64,000 nucleotides of DNA, taken from a virus. Of this stretch, positions 30,379 through 41,143 are shown in pieces. The translations under genes were made by a program, and so were the position numbers. The notes under the pieces are model-generated. The model was given only the letters and a program-made list of their open reading frames with translations. It did not search any database and had not been told where the DNA came from. The DNA lies in IMG/VR virus record IMGVR_UViG_3300032287_003559, positions 32,001 to 96,000 of that record; one strand, given 5' to 3'. Position 1 is the stretch's first letter; each line of letters opens with the position of its first letter.

Positions 30379-30884
30379 ATATCTTTGTAACAAGTGAATA
30401 TCCTGCAGAGAGTGCTATCTGTCTTCCCGACAAGCACATTGTCAAAATGCCTTTAGAATGTTGCCAAATGCTTTCTATTGTATCATCTAAATGGTATCAC
30501 AACTACGGACCTCTTCTTAAGGCAGACAATACTCCCTACAGTACAGAGAAGGGTGCCTTTCGCAACCATCCTTGTACAAAATGGGCAGCAGAGAGTATTC
30601 ATAATGCCTACTGGCTGATTAAGCATGGTCTTAATCTTTGTGATGAATATACTCTACGTTATGGTAAGGTTCATTCCTGTTACAAGACACTCGTAGATGC
30701 CTTTTATTTGTTTCCCCGTGGTAAAATTAATAAGGTAGAAAACTTTGTTCGTGCTATGCCTGATGAGTATAAACTTGACACAAGCATTGACACTTTTACT
30801 GCTTACAAGATGTATATCGCATCCAAACCTTGGGTTGCATCTAATTATCTTCGTATGCCAGAACGAAAACCTGAATGGATTTGA
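30375..30884 (+). CDS. Pyrimidine-dimer DNA glycosylase-like protein
   Basis: MNIF...DKHIVKMPLE..QMLS, NHPCTKW, EYTLRYGKVH, AMPD motifs. Confidence 0.7.
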   Translation: MNIFVTSEYPAESAICLPDKHIVKMPLECCQMLSIVSSKWYHNYGPLLKADNTPYSTEKGAFRNHPCTKWAAESIHNAYWLIKHGLNLCDEYTLRYGKVHSCYKTLVDAFYLFPRGKINKVENFVRAMPDEYKLDTSIDTFTAYKMYIASKPWVASNYLRMPERKPEWI

Positions 30885-30886
30885 TT

Positions 30887-31831
30887 ATGACAAGTGAATT
30901 TCTTTATGTGGAAAAGTACCGTCCTCAAGTGATTGAGGATTGTATTCTTCCCGATGATACTAAAAAAACTTTTAAGGAGTTTGTGGAGAAGGGTGAGATC
31001 CCAAATCTACTTCTTGCAGGACCTCCTGGTATTGGTAAAACTACAATCGCAAAAGCATTATGTAATGAATTGGGGGCAGACTATTATGTCATCAACGGAT
31101 CCGACGAAGGACGTTTCTTGGATACTGTACGGAACCAAGCGAAGAACTTCGCTTCGACCGTTTCACTTACGGGATCTTCTAAACACAAAGTTATCATCAT
31201 CGACGAAGCTGATAACACAGGCAACGACGTACAACTCTTACTACGGGCAAATATTGAGGCATTTTATAACAACTGCCGATTCATCTTTACCTGCAACTAT
31301 AAGAATAAGATTATTGAACCTCTGCACTCCCGTTGTGCCGTCATTGACTTCACAATCAAAGGCAAACAAAAGCAGCAACTTGCAGGAGCATTCTTCAAAC
31401 GTCTCCAAACAATCTTGGATCAGGAAAGGATTGAATATGACCAAAAAGTTCTTGCGGAATTGGTATCTAAGCACTTCCCAGACTTCCGCAGAGTCCTTAA
31501 TGAATGTCAAAGATATTCAACTGGAGGAAAGATCGACACTGGCATTCTTGCATCTTTCTCAGACATCTCAGTAAATGAACTCATCAAGAATCTCAAAGAG
31601 AAAAACTTCACCGAAGTACGCAAGTGGGTGGTCTCCAACTTGGACAACGATGCTACTAGTTTACTTCGTAGGGTGTATGACTCCTGTTATGATTGCCTTT
31701 CACCCCAATCTATCCCTGCTGCCGTTCTTGTTATTGCTAAGTATCAATACCAATGTGCGTTCGTGGCTGATCAGGAAATTAACCTCCTAGCAGCATTGAC
31801 TGAACTGATGTGTGAGTGTGAATTCAAATGA
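30887..31831 (+). CDS. gp44: Clamp loader large subunit gp44
   Basis: VEKYRP, GPPGIGKTT, IIDEAD, PLHSRC, FPDFRR. Confidence 0.96.
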   Translation: MTSEFLYVEKYRPQVIEDCILPDDTKKTFKEFVEKGEIPNLLLAGPPGIGKTTIAKALCNELGADYYVINGSDEGRFLDTVRNQAKNFASTVSLTGSSKHKVIIIDEADNTGNDVQLLLRANIEAFYNNCRFIFTCNYKNKIIEPLHSRCAVIDFTIKGKQKQQLAGAFFKRLQTILDQERIEYDQKVLAELVSKHFPDFRRVLNECQRYSTGGKIDTGILASFSDISVNELIKNLKEKNFTEVRKWVVSNLDNDATSLLRRVYDSCYDCLSPQSIPAAVLVIAKYQYQCAFVADQEINLLAALTELMCECEFK

Positions 31832-32700
31832 AATCTCTTAAGACACCGTTGCGCTATCCTGGAGGCAAGTCCCGTGCTTGCGTCAAAATGGATCCATACT
31901 TCCCAGATCTCCGTAACTATGATGAGTTTCGTGAACCATTCTTGGGTGGTGGTTCTGTTGCTATTCACGTTACAAAGAAATATCCTTTTCTTAAGATTTG
32001 GGTAAATGATCTATATGAACCTCTGGTGAACTTCTGGCAACAACTCCAGATGTTTGGTCCTGAACTTAAGGATCATCTTCTACATTTTAAGAGTGCTTGC
32101 CCTGATCCTTTGTCTGCACGGGGATTGTTTGATATTTCAAAAACTATTCTGGAAGATCCTAATACTGGGGATTTTGAAAGAGCGGTAAGATTTTATATTG
32201 TAAATAAGTGTTCTTTTAGTGGTCTGACTGCAAGTTCTTCTTTCTCACCTCAGGCATCTAATTCTAACTTTAGTGTTCGTGGAATTGAAAAACTCCCCGA
32301 GTATGCTAAGTTAATTGAAAAGTGGCGTATAACTAATTACTCTTACGATTACTTGATGGATGGAGACAAGAGTGCTTTTATGTATCTCGATCCTCCCTAT
32401 GATATTAAGGATAATCTCTATGGGAACAAGGGATCAATGCATAAAGGATTTGATCACGATAAGTTTGCTGCCGATTGTGATTCCAACAATATGGATATGT
32501 TGGTGAGTTATAATTCTGACCAACTGGTAAAGGATAGGTTTAAGAATTGGAACGCTGCTGAGTTTGATCTCACTTATACGATGCGTTCTGTTGGTGAATA
32601 TATGCGAGAGCAAAGACAACGTAAAGAACTGCTGCTGTTTAATTATGGAATTGAAGGACTGGTTAAACTCGATCAATCAGACAAAACAGAATCTAATTGA
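31828..32700 (+). CDS. dam: DNA adenine methyltransferase (Dam/D12 class)
   Basis: LRYPGGKS, EPFLGGGSV, YLDPPY motifs. Confidence 0.92.
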   Translation: MKSLKTPLRYPGGKSRACVKMDPYFPDLRNYDEFREPFLGGGSVAIHVTKKYPFLKIWVNDLYEPLVNFWQQLQMFGPELKDHLLHFKSACPDPLSARGLFDISKTILEDPNTGDFERAVRFYIVNKCSFSGLTASSSFSPQASNSNFSVRGIEKLPEYAKLIEKWRITNYSYDYLMDGDKSAFMYLDPPYDIKDNLYGNKGSMHKGFDHDKFAADCDSNNMDMLVSYNSDQLVKDRFKNWNAAEFDLTYTMRSVGEYMREQRQRKELLLFNYGIEGLVKLDQSDKTESN

Positions 32701-33025
32701 TGAGAATCCATCAGTAGAGAAGGAATACGCACCATATATTATCAATCGCTGTCTCTCTGGGCATATTGATTGCATTATGTTTGCGAATGAAATGAATATC
32801 AGTCATCATTTAGATAAAGATATGCAATATTCATTTTATCTAAATATTCTTAGGAAACGGAAGAGATTTTCTCCGTGGCTCCGTAAGGATAAAGTTGCAG
32901 ACTTAGAATGTATTAAACGTTATTATGGATATAGTAATGAAAAGGCATCCCAAGCTCTGAAAATCCTAACAAAGGAACAAATAAATTTTATTAAAAAACG
33001 ACTTGAAATTGGAGGAAAAAAATGA
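32645..33025 (+). CDS. gp62: Clamp loader small subunit gp62
   Basis: ELKDWLNSIN, Y.PYIINRCLS, RKRKRFSPW, YYGYSNEKA. Confidence 0.92.
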   Translation: MELKDWLNSINQTKQNLIDENPSVEKEYAPYIINRCLSGHIDCIMFANEMNISHHLDKDMQYSFYLNILRKRKRFSPWLRKDKVADLECIKRYYGYSNEKASQALKILTKEQINFIKKRLEIGGKK

Positions 33026-33468
33026 CTACTGCGCATCAAACAGTAGAACCCGAAGTCCATTGGTCTCAGGACAAAATGGTAGAGGTTATTCTTAATGAAC
33101 CAGATGACTTTCTGAAAGTCCGTGAAACTTTAACCCGTATTGGAGTAGCATCCCGTAAGGAGAAAAAGCTCTATCAATCTTGCCATATTCTTCATAAGCA
33201 AGGTAGATATTATATCGTCCATTTCAAGGAGTTGTTTGCTCTGGATGGTAAACATGCAAATCTTACGATCAATGATGTACAGCGCCGCAATCGTATTGCT
33301 CGCTTACTTGCTGATTGGGGTCTTATTACGGTAGTAAAACCAGACTCTGTTGCTGATATTGCTCCACTGAATCAGATTAAGGTTCTCTCTTATAAGGATA
33401 AGGGAGACTGGGTTCTAGAACAAAAATATAATATTGGTAAGAAAGGTAAGACTCAGGAAGATGTTTAA
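33022..33468 (+). CDS. regA: Translational repressor RegA
   Basis: DDFLKVRETLTRIG, LYQSCHILHKQGRYYIVHFKELF.LDG. Confidence 0.97.
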   Translation: MTTAHQTVEPEVHWSQDKMVEVILNEPDDFLKVRETLTRIGVASRKEKKLYQSCHILHKQGRYYIVHFKELFALDGKHANLTINDVQRRNRIARLLADWGLITVVKPDSVADIAPLNQIKVLSYKDKGDWVLEQKYNIGKKGKTQEDV

Positions 33469-33547
33469 TGCAATTTGCTTATTTCTTTTAGTTATTGCTG
33501 CATATTCAAATTTATATTTAAATTTAAAATCAACTCGAAGACGATAA
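33461..33547 (+). CDS. Possible 28-aa membrane peptide
   Basis: MFNAICLFLLVIAAYSNLYLNLKSTRRR; overlaps the regA end, GGAAG upstream. Confidence 0.35.
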   Translation: MFNAICLFLLVIAAYSNLYLNLKSTRRR

Positions 33548-33595
33548 ATAAGTATGAGACCTTTCGTGCGGTCTCTACAAAAGTCGGAACACCCT

Positions 33596-33631
33596 AAAAA
33601 GAGGTTCGGTTTTTACCGTTCCTCTTTTTTT
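33596..33631 (+). terminator. Intrinsic terminator
   Basis: AAAAAGAGG...CCTCTTTTT interrupted hairpin plus T-tract. Confidence 0.65.
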
Positions 33632-33747
33632 CGTTTCTTGTATAATTAGTAATGATGAGGTGAGGTTCTTTGAATCCCTCATTCGCTAAAGCGGAGTCTT
33701 CGGATCCGTAATGTTAAACAAACACTCGCTTTTTAAGGAGAACTAAA

Positions 33748-34188
33748 ATGTACTCGACAATTGCAAAGTATAACACTGGAAATATTGAAAAATTTCTAAA
33801 TGACGTAGAAAAGCATTTTATTGGTGGTGATGAATGGTTACACCGTTTTGGAACAACCCACGAATCTTCAGTAAATTATCCCCCATATAATCTAGTTAAA
33901 GAAAGCAGCACAAACTTTAGACTAGAAATCGCACTTGCTGGTTACAAGAGAGAAGATATTGAAGTATCTTCTGAGTGGAATAAACTTTTTGTGGAAGCAA
34001 AGAAAGTAGATGACTCTGTTGATGAATATGTTCATCACGGACTTGCAAAGAGAGCATTTACTCGCACTTGGACACTTTCTGACGACGTAGTTGTTGGTGA
34101 TGTTTCTTTTGAGGATGGATTGCTCACCATCAAACTAAATAGAGTTATTCCAGAACATCAAAAGAGAAAAGTATATGAAATCATTTGA
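33748..34188 (+). CDS. hsp20: Small heat-shock protein Hsp20 (IbpA-like)
   Basis: NYPPYN, LEIALAGY, HGLAKRAFTR, FEDGLLTI, IPEHQK; AAGGAG RBS. Confidence 0.95.
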   Translation: MYSTIAKYNTGNIEKFLNDVEKHFIGGDEWLHRFGTTHESSVNYPPYNLVKESSTNFRLEIALAGYKREDIEVSSEWNKLFVEAKKVDDSVDEYVHHGLAKRAFTRTWTLSDDVVVGDVSFEDGLLTIKLNRVIPEHQKRKVYEII

Positions 34189-34330
34189 TGAATTTAAAAC
34201 AATCGCCTATAAAGGAGCAGTCCCGCATACTGTTTATTCTGGCGAAAAGGAAAAGCGCATTCCAAAAGGAAAAGCAGTTCGCATAAGAAGCCATTCGAGT
34301 GCTGGTGGTGATGGTGACGGTGGAGAATAA
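34175..34330 (+). CDS. 51-aa hypothetical protein with CTS-like start (not in ORF track)
   Basis: MKSFDEFKTIAYKGAVPH...AGGDGDGGE; overlaps the hsp20 end. Confidence 0.5.
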   Translation: MKSFDEFKTIAYKGAVPHTVYSGEKEKRIPKGKAVRIRSHSSAGGDGDGGE

Positions 34331-34379
34331 ATAAAGACGACTATCGTCGGCGTAAGAGGAGCACCTGGTCAAAACCAGG

Positions 34380-34408
34380 TTGACTCCTCCTTTTTTTCTT
34401 GGTATAAT
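34380..34408 (+). promoter_or_regulatory. Sigma70-like promoter overlapping a terminator hairpin
   Basis: TTGACT-17nt-TATAAT. Confidence 0.7.
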
Positions 34409-34429
34409 ATCAGAAGGTATATAGAAGTT

Positions 34430-34807
34430 ATGACTATTAAATTAATGTTACTTAAATCTGGAGAAGATTTAATTGCGGATGTTTCTGAAATGGTTATTGG
34501 TGAAAACGAAAATACTAGAGTAGTTGGATATTATTTGACTAAACCTTGTTTGATTAGGATGAGAAACCCTAGTTTGGTTGAAAATTCCGAAACAAATAAA
34601 AAAACTGGATTTGAGGTCTCTCTTTGTCCTTGGATACCGCTTTCATCTGATGAAAAAATTCCAGTTCCGGCAGATTGGTTGGTAACTCTAGTAGAACCAA
34701 CAGCTAAGCTAAAAGAAATGTATATTGAGGATGTTTTGAACTATGGAAAAGAAAATGATAAAAATAATAGCACTGATGAACAATCAGATATTAATCAGTC
34801 AGATTGA
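34430..34807 (+). CDS. Conserved hypothetical protein (Sm-like candidate)
   Basis: IKLMLLKSGEDLIA...PWIPL...VEP; between hsp20 and gp43. Confidence 0.75.
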   Translation: MTIKLMLLKSGEDLIADVSEMVIGENENTRVVGYYLTKPCLIRMRNPSLVENSETNKKTGFEVSLCPWIPLSSDEKIPVPADWLVTLVEPTAKLKEMYIEDVLNYGKENDKNNSTDEQSDINQSD

Positions 34808-35024
34808 AGAAGTTGGTGCTGATATTGGAGAGCCTGATTGTAAATTAATTAATCCTTTCATGGTTAATGATAATCCAATCTCAAGTCAACAAAAAACTTT
34901 AGAACCATTTCTTGTTGGATATACAAAACAGGATACATTTATGATAAGTTCTGACAAGATTCTTACTCTTGCAGATCCAACGCCAACACTTCTTGAAAAA
35001 TACGAGGACCTAATTAAAGAATGA
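34743..35024 (+). CDS. Conserved hypothetical protein
   Basis: DIGEPDCKLINP...SDKILTLADP; coupled to gp43. Confidence 0.75.
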   Translation: MEKKMIKIIALMNNQILISQIEEVGADIGEPDCKLINPFMVNDNPISSQQKTLEPFLVGYTKQDTFMISSDKILTLADPTPTLLEKYEDLIKE

Positions 35025-37522
35025 GTCTACGCTTCTACACTAATGTTCAGTTGATTGGAAACCAGTTTTTGGTACGTGGGGTTGAAAATGGAAAAAGATT
35101 TGAAACTAGAGACGAGTTCTTCCCAACTCTCTTTGTAAAAACTAAAAAAGAATCAAAATATAAAACATTAAGTGGAGAATCTGTCGAAGCTGTAAAACCA
35201 GGAACAGTCAGAGATTGTCGTGAATTTTATAGTAAGTATGAAAATGTAGATGGATTTGAAATTTACGGAAACGATCGATACATCTATCAATACATTTCTG
35301 AAAAATATCCAGAAGATGAAATTAAGTTTGATATTAATAAGATCAAACTCATAACTCTGGATATCGAAGTTGCCTCGGAAGAAGGATTTCCTGATGTTGA
35401 ATCTTGCTCCGAAGAAATCCTTGCTATCACAATTCAAGACTACACAACTAAAAAAATTATTAGTTGGGGCGTCAAACCATTCAAAAATACGCGCAGTGAT
35501 GTAACATATCACTATTGCCCTTCAGAATACGAACTTTTAAATCATTTTATTAATTATTGGATGTCTGATGTTCCAGATGTAGTTACTGGATGGAATATTC
35601 AGATGTATGATATTCCCTATATTTGCAAACGTCTTAATAGAGTTCTTGGTGAAAAACTAATGAAACGTTTTTCTAACTGGGGACTCGTTACTGAAGGTGA
35701 AGTTTTTATTAATGGACGTAAGCACACTACTTTTGATGTAGGTGGATTAACTCAACTTGATTATTTGGACCTTTATAAGAAATTTACTTACAAAGCTCAG
35801 GAATCATACCGTCTTGATTATATTGCCGAAGTTGAATTAGGGCAGAAAAAACTAGACCACTCTGAGTTTGATACTTTCAAAGATTTCTATAGTAAAGGAT
35901 GGCAGAAGTTTATTGAATACAACATTGTTGACGTAGAACTTGTTGACCGTCTGGAAGACAAGATGAAACTGATCGAACTTGCTTTGACTATGGCTTATGA
36001 CGCTAAAGTCAATTATGCTGATGTATTTTATCAAGTTCGTATGTGGGATAATATTATTTACAATTATCTCAAGAAGCGTGATATTGTTATTCCACCAAGA
36101 AACAGGTCTCAAAAGAATGAAAAGTATGCTGGTGCCTATGTAAAAGAACCAAAACCAGGCAAATATGATTGGGTTGTGAACTTTGACTTGAACTCTCTGT
36201 ATCCACACTTGATTATGCAATATAATATCTCTCCAGAAACTCTTCTGGAAGAGAAGCATCCTACTGTGAATGTAGATAAAATTCTAAATCAATCTATTAG
36301 TTTTGAGATGTATAAGGATTATGCTGTCTGTGCAAATGGTGCAATGTTCCGCAAAGATGTTCGCGGATTTCTTCCTGAACTGATGGAGAAAATGTATCAG
36401 GACCGTGTAATCTTCAAAAAGAAGATGATTGAGGCAAAGAAGCAGTATGAAAAAACTAAATCTAAAGAACTGGAGAAAGAAATCGCTAGGTGTAATAATA
36501 TCCAGATGGCAAAGAAAATTTCACTTAACTCTGCTTATGGGGCCATTGGAAATCAGTACTTTCGTTACTATAAACTTGAGAATGCGGAAGCCATTACTCT
36601 TAGTGGACAGGTTTCAATCCGATGGATTGAAAGTAAGATGAACGCTTATCTAAATAAACTTCTTAAAACTGAGGATGTTGATTATGTTATTGCTTCTGAT
36701 ACTGATTCCATTTATCTCAATATGGGTCCTGTGGTTGAAACTATATTCAAGGGAAGAGAGAAAACTACTCAAAGCATTGTCTCGTTCCTTGATAAGGTCT
36801 CTAGTATGGAACTTGAAAAATATATTGAAAGTTCTTACCAAGAATTGGCGAACTATGTGAATGCATATGATCAAAAGATGCAGATGAAGCGTGAGAATAT
36901 TGCTGATCGCGGAATCTGGACTGCTAAGAAGCGTTATATCCTAAATGTTTGGGATAGTGAAGGTGTTCGTTATGAAGAACCTAAACTGAAGATGATGGGG
37001 ATTGAAGCAGTTAAATCTTCTACTCCAGCTCCTTGTCGTAAGATGATCAAGGATGCCCTAAAATTGATGATGAGTGGAACTGAAGATGAAGTAATTGATT
37101 TTATCGAGAATGCTCGCAAAGAGTTTAAGAAACTTCCGCCCGAACAGATTTCATTCCCTCGTTCAGCATCTGATGTTCAAAAGTATTCTTCTTCATCTAT
37201 GATTTATGAAAAGGGTACTCCAATTCATATTCGTGGGGCACTTCTCTTTAATCATTACATTAAACAAAATAAACTAACTAATAAGTATTCTCTCATACAA
37301 AATGGAGAAAAGATTAAGTTCATTTATCTCAAGAAGCCCAATAGTATTCATGAGAATATTATTTCATTTATTCAAGAGTTTCCTAAAGAACTTAATCTTG
37401 ACAGATACATTGATTATGACTTACAATTTGAAAAAGCGTTTCTAGAACCTCTCAAAATCATTCTTGATTCTATTGGGTGGAATGTAGAAAAAACTGTAAA
37501 CCTTGAATCATTTTTTACTTAA
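35021..37522 (+). CDS. gp43: Family B DNA polymerase gp43
   Basis: Exonuclease DIE; [24 protein letters not shown] motifs; uninterrupted. Confidence 0.98.
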   Translation: MSLRFYTNVQLIGNQFLVRGVENGKRFETRDEFFPTLFVKTKKESKYKTLSGESVEAVKPGTVRDCREFYSKYENVDGFEIYGNDRYIYQYISEKYPEDEIKFDINKIKLITLDIEVASEEGFPDVESCSEEILAITIQDYTTKKIISWGVKPFKNTRSDVTYHYCPSEYELLNHFINYWMSDVPDVVTGWNIQMYDIPYICKRLNRVLGEKLMKRFSNWGLVTEGEVFINGRKHTTFDVGGLTQLDYLDLYKKFTYKAQESYRLDYIAEVELGQKKLDHSEFDTFKDFYSKGWQKFIEYNIVDVELVDRLEDKMKLIELALTMAYDAKVNYADVFYQVRMWDNIIYNYLKKRDIVIPPRNRSQKNEKYAGAYVKEPKPGKYDWVVNFDLNSLYPHLIMQYNISPETLLEEKHPTVNVDKILNQSISFEMYKDYAVCANGAMFRKDVRGFLPELMEKMYQDRVIFKKKMIEAKKQYEKTKSKELEKEIARCNNIQMAKKISLNSAYGAIGNQYFRYYKLENAEAITLSGQVSIRWIESKMNAYLNKLLKTEDVDYVIASDTDSIYLNMGPVVETIFKGREKTTQSIVSFLDKVSSMELEKYIESSYQELANYVNAYDQKMQMKRENIADRGIWTAKKRYILNVWDSEGVRYEEPKLKMMGIEAVKSSTPAPCRKMIKDALKLMMSGTEDEVIDFIENARKEFKKLPPEQISFPRSASDVQKYSSSSMIYEKGTPIHIRGALLFNHYIKQNKLTNKYSLIQNGEKIKFIYLKKPNSIHENIISFIQEFPKELNLDRYIDYDLQFEKAFLEPLKIILDSIGWNVEKTVNLESFFT

Positions 37523-38526
37523 TGGACTTCCTTAAAGATATTGTAAAAGAAATTGGTGGTGAATATACACAACTTGCCGCAGAGATTGATGAAACTGAAC
37601 GTTATGTTGATACAGGTTCGTACATTTTTAATGCACTGGTTTCAGGTAGCATATTTGGCGGTGTATCTGGCAATAAGATTACTGCTATTGCTGGAGAGTC
37701 TTCTACTGGAAAGACTTTCTTCTCTCTCGCCGTTGTTAAGAATTTTCTTGATACCCATCCCAATGGGTATTGTCTCTATTTTGATACTGAAGCTGCTATT
37801 ACCAAATCACTCTTAGAAAGTCGAGGAGTTGATACTTCTCGTTTGGTTGTTGTAAATGTAGTGACTGTTGAAGAGTTTCGTGGAAAGGCACTTAAGGCAG
37901 TAGATCTCTACATGAAAAAACCTGAAGGAGAGCGCAATCCTTGCATGTTTGTGCTAGACTCTCTGGGTATGCTTTCAACGAGTAAAGAGATTAATGATGC
38001 GCTAAATGATAAAGAAGTGCGTGATATGACCAAATCACAACTGATTAAAGGTGCATTCCGTATGCTTACTTTGAAACTTGGTCAAGCAAATATTCCAATG
38101 ATCGTTACTAATCACACCTATGATGTTATCGGAGCTTACGTACCAACTAAGGAAATGGGTGGAGGTAGCGGACTCAAGTACGCAGCGTCTACGATCATTT
38201 ATCTCAGCAAAAAGAAAGAAAAGGATGGAACAGAAGTGGTCGGAAATATTATCAAGGCTAAGACTGCTAAATCGCGTTTGAGTAAGGAAAATAAAGACGT
38301 TGAGGTTCGTTTGTATTATGATGAGCGTGGTCTTGATCGATACTATGGTCTACTTGAACTTGGAGAACTTGGTGGACTTTGGAAAAATGTAGCAGGTCGT
38401 TATGAAATGGATGGGAAGAAAATCTACGCAAAACAAATTCTTGCAAATCCTGAAGAGTACTTTACTGAAGAAGTAATGAATAAACTTGATGAAATTGCTA
38501 AAGATGAATTTAGTTATGGTACATGA
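37522..38526 (+). CDS. uvsX: RecA-like recombinase UvsX
   Basis: [27 protein letters not shown] motifs. Confidence 0.95.
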   Translation: MDFLKDIVKEIGGEYTQLAAEIDETERYVDTGSYIFNALVSGSIFGGVSGNKITAIAGESSTGKTFFSLAVVKNFLDTHPNGYCLYFDTEAAITKSLLESRGVDTSRLVVVNVVTVEEFRGKALKAVDLYMKKPEGERNPCMFVLDSLGMLSTSKEINDALNDKEVRDMTKSQLIKGAFRMLTLKLGQANIPMIVTNHTYDVIGAYVPTKEMGGGSGLKYAASTIIYLSKKKEKDGTEVVGNIIKAKTAKSRLSKENKDVEVRLYYDERGLDRYYGLLELGELGGLWKNVAGRYEMDGKKIYAKQILANPEEYFTEEVMNKLDEIAKDEFSYGT

Positions 38527-39089
38527 AAAACATCAAAATTATTAAAACTAATATTGATGTTTCTAAAATTCAAAAACAACTAGAAAAGCATCCAGAAGAT
38601 TGGGGATCGCAAAAAGGACTTAAAAATGTAGAACTTAAAGATCCACATACTCATATAACATCAGTAGATGTCCTTCAACTTGTTATGGGGGGAATAGAAT
38701 CCCAAGGGCAACAAGTTGGGGACACTCAAATTTGTATTAAAACTCCCGCATATAAAAATCACACTGAGGTAAGAAAATTTCTAAAAAAAAATTTTTACAC
38801 ATTTGATCGTTGTGGATTTTTAGCACTTCCAATAGATGAAATTGTTGGTGCTCATATTGATGAAGGAGTATATTATTTGACCAGAGATAGGTATCATCTT
38901 TCTATTCAAGGTAGATATCAGTACTTTGTTGGAAATGAAACTGCTATAATAGAACCTGGAACACTATTTTGGTTTAATAATAAAATGCCTCACGGCACAG
39001 TAAATATTGGAGATGAAGTTAGAATTACTTTTGTATTCGATGTTCCACATTCTCCAAGTAACCCACAGCATAAGATAAGTGATGGATAA
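38523..39089 (+). CDS. Asp/Asn beta-hydroxylase-like 2OG-Fe(II) oxygenase
   Basis: HID (HxD), [20 protein letters not shown]. Confidence 0.8.
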   Translation: MKNIKIIKTNIDVSKIQKQLEKHPEDWGSQKGLKNVELKDPHTHITSVDVLQLVMGGIESQGQQVGDTQICIKTPAYKNHTEVRKFLKKNFYTFDRCGFLALPIDEIVGAHIDEGVYYLTRDRYHLSIQGRYQYFVGNETAIIEPGTLFWFNNKMPHGTVNIGDEVRITFVFDVPHSPSNPQHKISDG

Positions 39090-40458
39090 AGTTGAGTTTT
39101 TGATTTTAAGGAATTTGCTTTATAATGAAGATTATATTAGAAAAGTAATACCTTTTCTTAAATCTGAATATTTTGAAGATCAAAATCAAAAGATCGTTTT
39201 TGAAGAAATATTAGATTTTATTTCGGAATATAATCAACCAGCAACCAAAGAAGTTCTTTGTATTGAAGTAGAAAAACGCAAAGATATTAATGATACATCC
39301 TTTAAAGAAATTCTTCAATTAATTTCTTGTTTAGATGATGTTCCAACAGAGTTTAATTGGTTAGTTTCCACTACGGAAAAGTGGTGTCGTGATAGAGCAA
39401 TTTATCTTGCTCTAATGGAATCTATTTACATTGCTGACGGTAAAGATGAAAAGAAAAATAGAGATAGTATTCCTTCTATTCTTTCTGATGCTCTTGCTGT
39501 AAGTTTTGATAATCATGTTGGTCATGATTACTTGCAGGATTACGAACAAAGATACGAATCATATCACAAAAAGGAGGATAAAATTGAATTTGATCTTGAA
39601 TACTTTAACAAAATTACCAAAGGCGGTCTCCCTAACAAAACTCTTAATATCGCTCTTGCTGGTACGGGCGTCGGGAAGTCTCTATTCATGTGCCATGTTG
39701 CTAGCTCCGTCTTGCTCCAAGGACGGAACGTTTTGTACATTACGCTGGAAATGGCAGAAGAGCGCATTGCTGAAAGAATTGATGCGAATCTCTTGAATGT
39801 TCCAATCCAGGACATTGTGGATCTTCCAAAACAAATGTTTGAAAGTAAGATCACAAATCTTGCTAAAAAAACTCAAGGTACTCTTATAATTAAAGAATAT
39901 CCAACGGCATCAGCACATGCAGGTCATTTTAAGTCACTTCTTAATGAACTTGCACTTAAGAAGTCATTTAGACCTGATATTATTTTTATTGATTACCTTA
40001 ATATTTGTTCTTCCAGCAGGTATAAAGGAAACAGCAATATCAATTCTTATACATTTGTCAAAGCAATTGCTGAGGAACTTAGGGGACTCGCCGTTGAGTT
40101 TAATGTCCCGATTGTCTCCGCTACTCAGACCACTCGTTCAGGTTATGGTAGTTCTGATGTTGAACTTACTGATACTTCTGAATCCTTTGGTCTCCCTGCT
40201 ACTGCTGACCTTATGTTTGCCCTTATTAGTACAGAAGAGTTGGAGGGGTTGGGACAGATATTAGTAAAACAACTTAAGAATCGTTATAATGACCCTACCA
40301 TTCATAAGCGTTTTGTGATTGGTATTGACCGTGCTAAAATGCGTCTTTATGATTGCGAACAATCAGCACAGCAAGATATACTTGACTCTGGAAAAGAAGA
40401 GGAGTATGATTATGAAGAAAAGAAACCTAAAAAATCATTTGAGGGATTTAAGTTTTGA
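39082..40458 (+). CDS. gp41: Replicative helicase gp41
   Basis: AGTGVGKS, YITLEMAEE, IDYLNI, SATQTTR, QLKNRY. Confidence 0.97.
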   Translation: MDKVEFLILRNLLYNEDYIRKVIPFLKSEYFEDQNQKIVFEEILDFISEYNQPATKEVLCIEVEKRKDINDTSFKEILQLISCLDDVPTEFNWLVSTTEKWCRDRAIYLALMESIYIADGKDEKKNRDSIPSILSDALAVSFDNHVGHDYLQDYEQRYESYHKKEDKIEFDLEYFNKITKGGLPNKTLNIALAGTGVGKSLFMCHVASSVLLQGRNVLYITLEMAEERIAERIDANLLNVPIQDIVDLPKQMFESKITNLAKKTQGTLIIKEYPTASAHAGHFKSLLNELALKKSFRPDIIFIDYLNICSSSRYKGNSNINSYTFVKAIAEELRGLAVEFNVPIVSATQTTRSGYGSSDVELTDTSESFGLPATADLMFALISTEELEGLGQILVKQLKNRYNDPTIHKRFVIGIDRAKMRLYDCEQSAQQDILDSGKEEEYDYEEKKPKKSFEGFKF

Positions 40459-40505
40459 TTAATATTGAAAAACAAACCCTTTCTAACGGATATACTAAAT
40501 TTACT

Positions 40506-40925
40506 ATGACTGATAATAAAGTAATCGATACAAACAAATATATTGAATTTGTTCGTCAAACTACAAGTCCTGCTAGTAGTGATTTTGCTCAACTTCTTGC
40601 TCGTATGACTGAACTTGAAGCATCTAATGATGCCGATGTTCCTCGTCTTCTTACTGCTGCACTTGGTATGAGTGCCGAGGCGGGTGAGTTTACTGAAGTT
40701 GTTAAAAAGATTTTCCTTCAGGGTAAACCTTATAATGAAGAAAATGTTTTTCACTTGAAGCGTGAACTTGGAGATATCTGTTGGTATCTTTCTCAAGCAT
40801 TTATGGCTCTTGATACTAACTTCGAAGAGATTCTTAAAATGAACTATGAGAAGTTGAGTGCTCGTTATCCTGAGGGAACTTTTGATGTTTATCGTTCTGA
40901 AAACCGTGTGGAGGGAGACCTATGA
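40506..40925 (+). CDS. mazG: MazG-family NTP pyrophosphohydrolase
   Basis: EAGEFTEVVKK, ELGDICWY, KLSARYP. Confidence 0.9.
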   Translation: MTDNKVIDTNKYIEFVRQTTSPASSDFAQLLARMTELEASNDADVPRLLTAALGMSAEAGEFTEVVKKIFLQGKPYNEENVFHLKRELGDICWYLSQAFMALDTNFEEILKMNYEKLSARYPEGTFDVYRSENRVEGDL

Positions 40926-41107
40926 CTAAAGAAAAGCAAGTAACAATCAAAATGGATGCTCGCGCCGCTGCAGCAGTTCGTCAAGTTCTATTTGATTCTC
41001 AAAAAGGATATACTTATAATGAAGTAAGTGTTCCTCCTCGTATTGCTGATATTCGTGGAGTTATTCAACAACTTGATGATAGTATTGGTGCTGTTCTTGG
41101 TATTTGA
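40922..41107 (+). CDS. Hypothetical protein
   Basis: 61-aa ORF coupled to mazG (ATGA), followed by a terminator. Confidence 0.7.
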   Translation: MTKEKQVTIKMDARAAAAVRQVLFDSQKGYTYNEVSVPPRIADIRGVIQQLDDSIGAVLGI

Positions 41108-41111
41108 TTGT

Positions 41112-41136
41112 GACCTCCTTCGGGAGGTCTTTTTTT
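41112..41136 (+). terminator. Intrinsic terminator (UUCG loop)
   Basis: GACCTCC-TTCG-GGAGGTC plus T7. Confidence 0.92.
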
Positions 41137-41143
41137 ATAAATA
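41136..41143 (+). promoter_or_regulatory. T4-type late promoter TATAAATA
   Basis: Exact consensus directly after the terminator. Confidence 0.75.

Noticed and set aside
32645-32700. dam/gp62 56-nt overlap as a programmed frameshift
   Set aside because: gp62 has its own ATG and no slippery site is evident; a simple tail overlap suffices.
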